DNA of 20,951 nucleotides from Treponema sp. UBA937 (GTDB lineage: Bacteria > Spirochaetota > Spirochaetia > Treponematales > Breznakiellaceae): contig DBDH01000102.1 of the NCBI GenBank assembly GCA_002293455.1, positions 26,418-47,368 on the forward strand, in the 5' to 3' direction. Below the pieces are notes generated by a model. That model made no database searches, had not been told where the DNA came from, and saw only the letters and a list, made by a program, of their open reading frames with translations. Shown here piece by piece: positions 1 through 6,877 of the stretch. How positions within the stretch are numbered: the stretch's first letter is position 1; each line of letters starts with the position of its first letter. The translations under genes and the position numbers were made by a program.

Positions 1-57
1 TTTCTCGTCAACGATCCCTTGGATCGCGGGCTGCGAAACATGCGTTTTTAAGAAGTT

Positions 58-89
58 GAAATTGCAAAAAATTGAAGTTTTGCAATTTC
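58..89. promoter_or_regulatory. Perfect 12-bp inverted repeat GAAATTGCAAAA / TTTTGCAATTTC with 8-bp spacer, about 75 nt upstream of pfk; candidate operator
   Basis: Read directly: arms at 58-69 and 78-89. The right arm plus flank (GAAGTTTTGCAATTTCC) recurs almost identically at 8768-8785. Confidence 0.35.
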
Positions 90-164
90 CTTTATAAAGA
101 TAAATGGGAAATCTTTAAAAAACCGCCTGGATTTTAGGGATTTCCAATAGGGGGCTTTCGTTTT

Positions 165-1514
165 ATGGATAAACATGTTGATTTTACCGTTGAAGACTTA
201 GGGAAACGGACAATTAAATCTCCGATAGAGCTGTCAAAAGTTGCTGGTGATTTTATTGCGAATTATGTCACTGATGAAGAATTGGTCAGGATGGGCATAG
301 ATGTGAAACTTGACAGTCAAGCTCCGCTCAAACGAAGCGATGTTTTTGAAGCTGCCGGTCCCAGGGAAATGATTTACTTTTCCCCCCAGCATGTTCACGC
401 GGGAATTGTCACCTGCGGCGGCCTTTGCCCGGGACTAAATGATGTTATCCGCGCCATTGTGCGCTGTCTTTGGCAGCGTTACGGCGTCCGGCGGATTTCC
501 GGCATCCAATACGGTTATAAGGGCTTTCTTCCGGAATACGGATACAAGACAATAGAGCTGAATCCTCCGGTTGTAGATGATATTCACAAGATCGGCGGTA
601 CGATTTTGGGAACGGCCCGCGGCGGCGGGAAGCAGGTTACGGAAATTGTTGACTGCATGGAACGGATGAACCTCAACATGCTTTTTACTGTCGGCGGCGA
701 TGGAACACAAAAAGGCGCGCTCGATATTGCGGAAGAAATCCAAAAGCGGAAGCTGAAGATGGCTGTCATCGGCATTCCGAAAACCGTTGATAATGATTTT
801 TCGTTTATTGATAAATCGTTCGGATTTGATACGGCGGTAACCGAGGCTGTGGGAGTGGTAACCGCCGCACACATGGAAGCTCATTCGCAGATCAACGGCA
901 TCGGTCTTGTAAAACTGATGGGCCGGGAAGCCGGGTTCATCGCGGCGCATACCGCGTTGGCAAGCCATGAAGTAAACTTTGTCCTTATTCCCGAAGTGCC
1001 TTTCGATCTTGACGGCCCCAACGGACTTTTGCATCATCTGGAAATTCGGCTTGCAAGAAGGAATCATGCCGTAATCGTTGTGGCGGAAGGAGCAATGCAG
1101 GATAAACTTGTTACAGATATTAAACACGACGAATCAGGAAACCTGAAGATGGAAGACGTAGGACGTTACTTAAAGGATGAGATACAGAAACATTTTAATG
1201 ATATGGGCCTGGAAATCAACCTGAAATACATCGACCCAAGTTATATGATACGGTCAGCTCCGGCCGCCCCCGTCGATTCAATCTACTGTGAACGTTTGGG
1301 GAACGCGGCGGCTCACGCGGCAATGGCCGGAAAAACTAAGTGTCTCATCGGTTTGATCAATAATGAATTTGTTCATCTGCCTATGAAGGCGGCTGTTTCC
1401 AAAAGAAGCTGTGTCGATCCGGAAGGAAACCTCTGGCGGGATACGTTGGACGCAACACAGCAGCCTTTCCTTATGAAGAATGACTGTGCCGTGCCGTCAG
1501 GTACGGAAGCGTAA
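165..1514 (+). CDS. pfk: 6-phosphofructokinase, long (about 450 aa) spirochete-type PFK
   Basis: 449-aa ORF with PFK signatures: GGLCPGLN nucleotide-binding loop, [22 protein letters not shown]. An AGGGGG lies about 12 nt upstream of the ATG. The G in GGDGT suggests ATP-dependent rather than PPi-dependent; this is an inference. Confidence 0.85.
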   Translation: MDKHVDFTVEDLGKRTIKSPIELSKVAGDFIANYVTDEELVRMGIDVKLDSQAPLKRSDVFEAAGPREMIYFSPQHVHAGIVTCGGLCPGLNDVIRAIVRCLWQRYGVRRISGIQYGYKGFLPEYGYKTIELNPPVVDDIHKIGGTILGTARGGGKQVTEIVDCMERMNLNMLFTVGGDGTQKGALDIAEEIQKRKLKMAVIGIPKTVDNDFSFIDKSFGFDTAVTEAVGVVTAAHMEAHSQINGIGLVKLMGREAGFIAAHTALASHEVNFVLIPEVPFDLDGPNGLLHHLEIRLARRNHAVIVVAEGAMQDKLVTDIKHDESGNLKMEDVGRYLKDEIQKHFNDMGLEINLKYIDPSYMIRSAPAAPVDSIYCERLGNAAAHAAMAGKTKCLIGLINNEFVHLPMKAAVSKRSCVDPEGNLWRDTLDATQQPFLMKNDCAVPSGTEA

Positions 1515-1536
1515 AACCGGAAACAGGGAACTATTC

Positions 1537-2868
1537 ATGACTTTTACGGCTGTGGGGAGCCCCCGGCATGATCTCAATGCCGGGGATATCGGTAAATATG
1601 TGACAGAAGCCTTACCGCTGGCTCTCAGCGAAGTTGACGGTTCAGGGAAAGTCCTCGTTCTTCCCCCTGACGGAACCCGCATTCATTCAAAGGCGGGGTT
1701 TATCACGGATTTGCTTTCACAGCAGCTTTCCCGCGAAGACAGGCTGGGAGCTATTACGCCTGCCCTGGGAACTCACATGCCCATGAACGAAGATGAACTC
1801 CGGCGGATGTTTCCGAAAAGTCCCCTTGACAAATTTGTCGCGCATAACTGGCGTAACGATGTCGTTGAATTGGGAAGAATAGAATCGGACTGGATTCATT
1901 CGATTTCCGAAGGAGCGGCGGATTACGATTGCCCTATCGAGGTGAACCGCCTTCTTTGCGACGGGGATTTTTCTATGATCGTTTCCATTGGGCAGGTAGT
2001 GCCGCACGAAGTAATGGGGATGGCGAATCATCTCAAGAACATTTTTATCGGAACCGGCGGCAAAGAGATTATCGATAAAAGCCATTATCTGGGGGCCGTA
2101 TACGGCATGGAACATATCATGGGACATATCGATACGCCGGTCCGCTCTGTTCTGGATGAAGGTTACTTGCGATTCGGCAGCCGGATGCCGCCCATCCTTT
2201 GGATACTGACCGTGGTAGGACCGAGAACCCCGGAAGAAGCGCTGCATGTTGGGCAGCCTGCCGGATCGCTGGCCCTTAGGGGGCTTTTTATCGGGTTCGG
2301 GAGGCATTGCTACGAAGAGGCGGCGCTCTTAGCCCAAAAAGTGAATATAACCTTATTGACCGAGCCTGTAAAAAAAGCGCTCGTGTATCTTGATCCGCGC
2401 GAGTACCGGACGACATGGCTGGGAAATAAATCGATATACAGAACCCGCATGGCTATGGCTGATGAGGGAGAACTCATCATCTTGGCGCCCGGTTTGGAAA
2501 AATTCGGCGAAGATGCCGGCATCGACGCGCTTATCCGCAAGCATGGATACCGTCCGGGCGCGGAAATCCGGGCGGCGGTAAAACAAGATGCCGAACTGGC
2601 TGACTCGCTGAGCGCCGCCGCCCATCTTATTCACGGGTCAAGCGAAGGCCGTTTTTCCATCCGCTATTGTCCGGGCCCGAAAATCAGCAGGGAAGAAATA
2701 GAATCCGCGGGCTTTGAGTGGGGCAGTCTGGATGAAATGATCAAACAGTATCCGCTTGAAAACATACATTCCGGCTGGAACACCATTGAAGGCGAAAAAA
2801 TCTTTTTTGTTTCAAATCCGGCGCTCGGCCTTTGGGCGGAAGAAAAGCGGTTTAGAAATGAAGAATAA
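1537..2868 (+). CDS. LarA-superfamily (lactate racemase-like, DUF2088) protein; function uncertain
   Basis: ORF track starts at 1480, but the ATG at 1537 has AGGGAA 7 nt upstream and lies just after the pfk stop. Blocks parallel LarA from memory: VLVLPPDGTRIHS vs IVIISSDHTRPVP; ITPALGTHMPMNEDEL vs LVATGFHRPSTHEEL; IFIGTGGKEI vs FAGFSGGRKS. The His of the LarA DHTR motif is absent. Confidence 0.5.
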   Translation: MTFTAVGSPRHDLNAGDIGKYVTEALPLALSEVDGSGKVLVLPPDGTRIHSKAGFITDLLSQQLSREDRLGAITPALGTHMPMNEDELRRMFPKSPLDKFVAHNWRNDVVELGRIESDWIHSISEGAADYDCPIEVNRLLCDGDFSMIVSIGQVVPHEVMGMANHLKNIFIGTGGKEIIDKSHYLGAVYGMEHIMGHIDTPVRSVLDEGYLRFGSRMPPILWILTVVGPRTPEEALHVGQPAGSLALRGLFIGFGRHCYEEAALLAQKVNITLLTEPVKKALVYLDPREYRTTWLGNKSIYRTRMAMADEGELIILAPGLEKFGEDAGIDALIRKHGYRPGAEIRAAVKQDAELADSLSAAAHLIHGSSEGRFSIRYCPGPKISREEIESAGFEWGSLDEMIKQYPLENIHSGWNTIEGEKIFFVSNPALGLWAEEKRFRNEE

Positions 2869-2953
2869 GATTTTGAGAATGCCGCGAAATTACAAAGCAA
2901 TTGATTGGAATGCAATTGTGGTTCATATCCCTTCCACAACATCATTTCTTTAC

Positions 2954-2982
2954 TTGTCAAGATGCTGATCATGTTATAAAAT
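2954..2982 (+). promoter_or_regulatory. sigma70-like promoter (TTGTCA-17nt-TAAAAT) firing into the tRNA-like array
   Basis: -35 TTGTCA at 2954-2959, 17-nt spacer, -10 TAAAAT at 2977-2982; predicted TSS about 2989, roughly 60 nt before the first tRNA-like unit. Confidence 0.4.
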
Positions 2983-3050
2983 ACTTATGATGTTATGGCG
3001 CAGGTCATAATGTCGCCTATTCGCTTTAGCAAAGGATTTGTATTCCTTGC

Positions 3051-3132
3051 GGCGCAGTCGGGCTCTGCCTTTCTGTGTTCCGGGTGAATAGGATTCAGGG
3101 CAAAGGCCGGCGGTTCAAATCCGTCCATCGAA
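3051..3132 (+). pseudogene. tRNA-like remnant 1 (D-arm-like GCAG-TCGGGCT-CTGC and T-arm GGCGG-TTCAAAT-CCGTC; no acceptor or anticodon pairing)
   Basis: T-arm at 3109-3125 closely resembles that of the intact tRNA-Pro at 5245-5261. Acceptor strands are not complementary. Confidence 0.35.
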
Positions 3133-3203
3133 AGATGCAGCTCAGCGGTAGAGCATTGTCCGCCAACACGGTAGTGTCGAAGGTTCAAATCCTTCACTCT
3201 CAC
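3131..3203 (+). pseudogene. tRNA-like remnant 2 (canonical D-arm and perfect T-arm, non-canonical anticodon arm, unpaired acceptor)
   Basis: D-arm GCTC-AGCGGTA-GAGC (3140-3154); T-arm GAAGG-TTCAAAT-CCTTC (3179-3195). The 5-prime (AAAGATG) and 3-prime (ACTCTCA) acceptor strands do not pair. No 7-nt loop with U33 and purine-37 is available. Confidence 0.4.
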
Positions 3204-3262
3204 GAGTTAGCTCAGTTGGTAGAGCATACCAATGTTTCATGGGTTCGAATCCCATACTCTTT
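3201..3262 (+). pseudogene. tRNA-like remnant 3 (D-arm and T-arm present; anticodon arm deleted, about 10 nt short)
   Basis: D-arm GCTC-AGTTGGTA-GAGC (3210-3225) and T-arm ATGGG-TTCGAAT-CCCAT (3239-3255) are separated by only 13 nt (normal is about 23). Acceptor pairs 4 of 7. Followed by TTTTT. Confidence 0.4.
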
Positions 3263-3270
3263 TTAACGAA

Positions 3271-3336
3271 GGAGTTAGCCAAGCGGATAAGGCACAGGTC
3301 TCATAAACCTGCAACATTACACTTCCACAGTGTAAC
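3271..3336 (+). pseudogene. tRNA-like remnant 4 (type-II-like 5-prime part with CAT anticodon arm and long variable-arm hairpin, but no T-arm)
   Basis: GGAGTTA; 3-bp D-stem GCC-AAGCGGATAA-GGC; perfect anticodon arm CAGGT-CTCATAA-ACCTG (U33, A37, anticodon CAT); variable hairpin TTACACT-TCCAC-AGTGTAA. Then a purine-rich GAAGAAAGAAGAAG instead of a T-arm. Confidence 0.4.
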
Positions 3337-3360
3337 GAAGAAAGAAGAAGCGAAAACGTC

Positions 3361-3473
3361 CTGCCGTGCGGTTTGTGCGCGGCAGCGGAAACCGGGCAGC
3401 AGCGGAGCGGATACCGCAAAACTGCCGCACATCCCATAGCCATGATGTGTCATGGAAGCCGAATGCGCGGCAG
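3361..3473 (+). other. GC-rich block of nested inverted repeats (possible structured leader or ncRNA) upstream of the SPFH gene
   Basis: Hairpin CTGCCGTGCG...GCGCGGCAG (3361-3385). Outer stem CTGCCGCACAT (3422-3432) pairs with ATGCGCGGCAG (3463-3473) with one mismatch. Inner stem CCATGA-TGTG-TCATGG (3440-3455). Confidence 0.3.
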
Positions 3474-3546
3474 ATTGCTCAAACTCTGTTCCCCTTGGGG
3501 ACCGTGGACGTTTCCGCCGATTCCCCCAACAAACGAGGTGAACATT

Positions 3547-4656
3547 ATGAAGGTTATTATCAATGAAAATGAGAGAGGCTTTCTTTTCAAAAACGGTACG
3601 TTCCGGCGTATGCTGCCTCCCGGTAAACACAGCGTTCGGTCTCTCTTCGGCGAGACGTATGTTAAAACCACTGTCGGAAGACAAGTTGTGATCAAAGATA
3701 TTGACATCAATGTACTGCTAAAAGATAAAGCCTTTGCCGAGAGCGTTACCAAAATTGAACTGCCCGATGTGCATTACGCAATGCACTATGAAGACGGCAT
3801 CGCAATTGAAGGGATGTCTACTCCCGGTACGTACTACTATTGGAATGTATTTCATGAGCATACGTTTCAACTGATCGATATAAAGAATCCTGTTGTTGCG
3901 CTGCCAGAAGAAAAAATGGCGAGAGTGCCGACCAGTTTTTATTCACGCTTTGTTGTATCGGAAGGCGAAACCGGATTGCTGTTTTTTGACGGAAAATTCC
4001 AGCGGCAGCTTGATCCCGGCTCTTATTATTTTTGGAATACGTTTGTAAAAGTGACCTGCGAGATTGTCGATGTACGTACCCAGCAGCTCGACGTAAACAG
4101 TCAGGAAATTTTGACGGCGGATAAAGTGACGCTCCGCTTGAATTTTGTCTGTACCTATAAAATCACCGACGCGGTAAGCATTCATAACAAACTGAAAGAT
4201 TTTAAAAATCAGATTTACATGACGACACAGCTTGTGCTTCGGGAATATGTCGGCCGCTTAAAGTTTGATGAGCTTTTGGAGCAGAAAGACAACATTGCGG
4301 GAATCGTTCTTGAAAAATTGAGGGAAAAGCAAAACAGCCTTTTCGTGGAATTCTCGGATGCGGGTTTAAAAGATATTATTCTTCCCGGTGAAATCAGAGA
4401 TATTATGAATATGGTTTTGATCGCGGAAAAAAATGCTCAGGCAAATGTAATTTCCCGTAGAGAGGAAGTTGCTTCAACCAGAAGCCTTTTGAATACCGCA
4501 AAATTGATGGAAGAAAACGTGACACTGTATAAACTGAAAGAGTTGGAATATCTTGAAAAGATTTGCGATAAAGTCGGCAATATTTCTGTCGGCAGCGGCA
4601 ATTTGCTTGGACAGCTTGGAGAAATTTTGACGGCAAAAAATCACAAAGATTCATAG
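3547..4656 (+). CDS. SPFH/band-7 (stomatin/prohibitin-like) domain protein with duplicated N-terminal beta-rich module
   Basis: True start likely the ATG at 3547 (GAGGTG 6 nt upstream); the ORF-track extension from 3373 lies in the GC-rich repeat region. The C-terminal half has a typical SPFH pattern (ILTADKVTLRLNFVCTYKITD..., GEIRDIMNMVLIAEKNAQANVI). The N-terminus carries two tandem copies of an E-x-E-x-G-LF-x-G-x-F-R-x-L-x-PG motif. Confidence 0.65.
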   Translation: MKVIINENERGFLFKNGTFRRMLPPGKHSVRSLFGETYVKTTVGRQVVIKDIDINVLLKDKAFAESVTKIELPDVHYAMHYEDGIAIEGMSTPGTYYYWNVFHEHTFQLIDIKNPVVALPEEKMARVPTSFYSRFVVSEGETGLLFFDGKFQRQLDPGSYYFWNTFVKVTCEIVDVRTQQLDVNSQEILTADKVTLRLNFVCTYKITDAVSIHNKLKDFKNQIYMTTQLVLREYVGRLKFDELLEQKDNIAGIVLEKLREKQNSLFVEFSDAGLKDIILPGEIRDIMNMVLIAEKNAQANVISRREEVASTRSLLNTAKLMEENVTLYKLKELEYLEKICDKVGNISVGSGNLLGQLGEILTAKNHKDS

Positions 4657-4665
4657 GAGGAATAT

Positions 4666-5010
4666 ATGCTTATTGAACGAAGCGCGATGAAAACCGAGAC
4701 CAAGGAAAAAATGCGGGGCGGCGAAGGTTCTGCGCATTTTACCCACATTGTAGACGGTGATAAAATCCCTCACGCAAGGATGATGGCTGAAATTGTTTTG
4801 CAGCCCGGCAGTTCTATCGGTGAACATGTTCATGAGAAAGAAACCGAATATTACATCATCCTTCGGGGGACCGGCACTGTTACTGACAACGGAGTATCGA
4901 AAACGATAAGACCCGGCGATGTGATGATCACGGGCGGCGGCGCGTCTCACAGTATCATGAATACCGGGAACGAAGATTTGGTGTTTCACGCAATGATCAT
5001 TTTGGATTGA
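4666..5010 (+). CDS. cupin-domain protein (RmlC-like cupin, metal-binding His motifs)
   Basis: 114 aa; G-x5-HxH-x3-E...G...H pattern (GSSIGEHVHEKETEYYIIL ... GGGASHSIMN). A strong RBS GGAGG lies 5-9 nt upstream, 9 nt after the SPFH stop, suggesting co-transcription. Confidence 0.7.
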   Translation: MLIERSAMKTETKEKMRGGEGSAHFTHIVDGDKIPHARMMAEIVLQPGSSIGEHVHEKETEYYIILRGTGTVTDNGVSKTIRPGDVMITGGGASHSIMNTGNEDLVFHAMIILD

Positions 5011-5041
5011 AAAAAAAAGCATTTTGGGAATCCATTATGTA

Positions 5042-5070
5042 TTGACATTTTTTCTTAATATCCTTAATAT
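5042..5070 (+). promoter_or_regulatory. sigma70-like promoter for the tRNA-Asp/tRNA-Pro pair (TTGACA-17nt-TAATAT)
   Basis: -35 TTGACA at 5042-5047; -10 TAATAT at 5065-5070; tRNA-Asp begins at 5082. Confidence 0.5.
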
Positions 5071-5081
5071 AACAAGCGTTA

Positions 5082-5155
5082 GGGGGCGTAGCGAAGCTGG
5101 TTATCGCGCTGGCCTGTCAAGCCGGAGATCGCGGGTTCGAGCCCCGTCGCTCCCG
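5082..5155 (+). tRNA. tRNA-Asp (anticodon GTC)
   Basis: Cloverleaf folded by hand. Acceptor GGGGGCG/CGCTCCC (one G-U pair). D-arm GCGA-AGCTGGTTA-TCGC. Anticodon arm CTGGC-CTGTCAA-GCCGG. Variable loop AGATC. T-arm GCGGG-TTCGAGC-CCCGT. Discriminator G. CCA is not encoded. Confidence 0.85.
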
Positions 5156-5156
5156 A

Positions 5157-5191
5157 AAAAGCCCGTCGTAGTGACGGGCTTTACGTTTTTT
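5157..5191 (+). terminator. Hairpin GCCCGTC-gtagt-GACGGGC followed by TTTACGTTTTTT, sitting between the two tRNAs
   Basis: Perfect 7-bp GC-rich stem at 5161-5179 flanked by an A-run and an interrupted T-run. It lies only 14 nt before tRNA-Pro, so it is more likely a processing or partial-termination structure than a full stop. Confidence 0.45.
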
Positions 5192-5192
5192 A

Positions 5193-5265
5193 CGGGCAGT
5201 AGCGCAGTTGGTAGCGCGCTTGGTTCGGGACCAAGAGGTCGCCGGTTCAAATCCGGCCTGCCCGA
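5193..5265 (+). tRNA. tRNA-Pro (anticodon CGG)
   Basis: Acceptor CGGGCAG/CTGCCCG perfect (C1:G72, typical of bacterial tRNA-Pro). D-arm GCGC-AGTTGGTA-GCGC. Anticodon arm CTTGG-TTCGGGA-CCAAG. T-arm GCCGG-TTCAAAT-CCGGC. Discriminator A. Confidence 0.85.
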
Positions 5266-5307
5266 TTAGTGTTTTCTTTAATCTCTCCGTTCTGCCTTTG
5301 CGCTCAA

Positions 5308-5337
5308 TTGAAACATACTCCAACTTCCCGATATAAT
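5308..5337 (+). promoter_or_regulatory. sigma70-like promoter for gltX (TTGAAA-18nt-TATAAT)
   Basis: -35 at 5308-5313, perfect -10 TATAAT at 5332-5337. The ORF-track ATG at 5336 overlaps the -10, which supports the downstream start at 5366. Confidence 0.5.
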
Positions 5338-5365
5338 GTCCCCAACAAAGAAAAACGGAGTTTTT

Positions 5366-6877
5366 ATGGAAATTCGAGACCGATACGCTCCCTCTCCTAC
5401 CGGGAACCAGCATATTGGCGGGGTGAGAACCGCTCTTTTTAACTATCTTTTTGCGAAATCAAAGGGCGGGAAGTTTATCCTCCGTCTGGAGGATACCGAC
5501 CGTACCCGCTTTGACGAAGCTTTTGTCCAAAACCTTTATGACACCTTCAATTGGCTCAACATTCATTGGGATGAAGGTCCTGATATTGGCGGTCCCTCAT
5601 CGCCTTATGTACAATCCGAACGCTTTGAACTCTATAAAAAAGCGGCGGAGGAATTGATCGCAAAAGGAAAGGCTTACCGGTGTTTTTGTTCATCTGAAAG
5701 GCTCGATAACATCCGGGCGGAACGGGAAGCATCCGGCTCCAGCGAGACCGGCTACGACCGGCACTGCCGATCTGTCAGCGCGGAAGAATCCGGGCGGCGG
5801 GCGGCGGCGGGCGAATCTTTTGTTATCAGGCTCAACATTCCCCTGGAAGAATCTACGAAGTTTCACGATCATATCCTTGGGGACATTGAGTGGAAAAACG
5901 CGGACGTAAATCCCGATCCCGTACTCCTTAAATCTGACGGTTTTCCCACGTATCATTTAGCAAATGTGGTGGATGATCATCTTATGAATATCAGCCACGT
6001 GCTTCGCGCGCAGGAATGGATTCCGTCAACGCCGCTTCATGTCATTATGTACCGCGCTTTTGGGTGGACGCCGCCGGAATACTGTCACCTCCCTATGGTG
6101 ATGGGTCAGGACGGGAAAAAGCTCAGTAAACGCCACGGAGCCACAAGCATTGACGAGTTTCGGAAAGCCGGATACCTTCCGGAAGCCCTTATCAACTATG
6201 TCGCGCTTCTCGGGGCTTCCTACGAAGAAGGAAAAGAAATCTACACGCTCGAAGAACTCGCGGAACGCTTCAGCCTTGATAAACTCAACAAAGCTCCCGC
6301 CATTTTCGATTATAAAAAACTGGAATGGTATAACGGTCAATATATCCGCATGATGACCGATGAAGCGCTGGCGGAAGCCGCTCTCCCTTACGCAGTAAAG
6401 GCCGCTCTCTTCGGCAGTTCCGGCGCAGCCGCCGTTCCCTCCGCCGAACAGAAAAAAACATTTATCGCAGCGATGCCGCTCATAAGAGAAAGAATCAGTT
6501 TCCTGCATGAAGCCCCTGAAAAATTAGCGTATCTTTTTTCAGAACCGCCGGTTCCCGCGGCGGAAGAATTTATCCCCAAAAAAGCCGATCTCGCGCGGAC
6601 CGCTGAACTTCTCAGCCTTGGCCGCGGTTTGATAGAACCAATGGCGGTCCTCAATGATGCCGACGCGGAAGCGTATATCAAATCATGGTGCGAAGAACAT
6701 GATATTAAGCTGGGTGATATTATGATGCCCCTCCGTGTCGCCATAACGCGCGCCAGGGTCAGCCCTCCCCTTTTCGGTTCCATCCGCATCCTTGGAGCAA
6801 AGCAGTCCCTCGAAAGAATTGACGCGGCGCTTGGAACTTTGCGGGCGGCGCTTGAAACCTCAAAGGAAACCCGATGA
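5366..6877 (+). CDS. gltX: glutamyl-tRNA synthetase (class I aaRS)
   Basis: HIGH motif PSPTGNQHIGG near the N-terminus; KMSKS variant KLSKRHG. Start chosen at the ATG with AACGGAG 7 nt upstream. Confidence 0.9.
   Translation: MEIRDRYAPSPTGNQHIGGVRTALFNYLFAKSKGGKFILRLEDTDRTRFDEAFVQNLYDTFNWLNIHWDEGPDIGGPSSPYVQSERFELYKKAAEELIAKGKAYRCFCSSERLDNIRAEREASGSSETGYDRHCRSVSAEESGRRAAAGESFVIRLNIPLEESTKFHDHILGDIEWKNADVNPDPVLLKSDGFPTYHLANVVDDHLMNISHVLRAQEWIPSTPLHVIMYRAFGWTPPEYCHLPMVMGQDGKKLSKRHGATSIDEFRKAGYLPEALINYVALLGASYEEGKEIYTLEELAERFSLDKLNKAPAIFDYKKLEWYNGQYIRMMTDEALAEAALPYAVKAALFGSSGAAAVPSAEQKKTFIAAMPLIRERISFLHEAPEKLAYLFSEPPVPAAEEFIPKKADLARTAELLSLGRGLIEPMAVLNDADAEAYIKSWCEEHDIKLGDIMMPLRVAITRARVSPPLFGSIRILGAKQSLERIDAALGTLRAALETSKETR

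Noticed and set aside
435-1127. 230-aa and 96-aa minus-strand ORFs inside pfk
   Set aside because: They are entirely antisense to a well-supported PFK CDS, have no recognisable motifs, and have typical shadow-ORF composition.
3271-3336. Unit 4 as tRNA-Sec, tmRNA or a genuine type-II tRNA-Met
   Set aside because: The anticodon is CAT, not TCA. There is no T-arm or 3-prime acceptor strand, and no tmRNA-like 5-prime GGGG...3-prime T-arm pairing, so it is called a remnant.
3373-3546. N-terminal 58-aa extension of the SPFH ORF in the track (MCAAAETGQQRSGYRK...)
   Set aside because: It lies in the GC-rich inverted-repeat block, has Arg/Ala/Gly-rich composition typical of GC-rich non-coding DNA read in frame, and has no RBS. 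The downstream ATG at 3547 has GAGGTG.
5336-5365. Upstream ATG for gltX (MSPTKKNGVF...)
   Set aside because: The ATG at 5336 sits inside the predicted -10 hexamer (TATAAT at 5332-5337). The ATG at 5366 has an AACGGAG RBS.
5117-5413. 98-aa minus-strand ORF and 81-aa plus-strand ORF (5024-5269) over the tRNA-Asp/tRNA-Pro region
   Set aside because: They overlap two well-folding tRNA genes and their promoter and terminator. These are spurious read-throughs of structured RNA genes.
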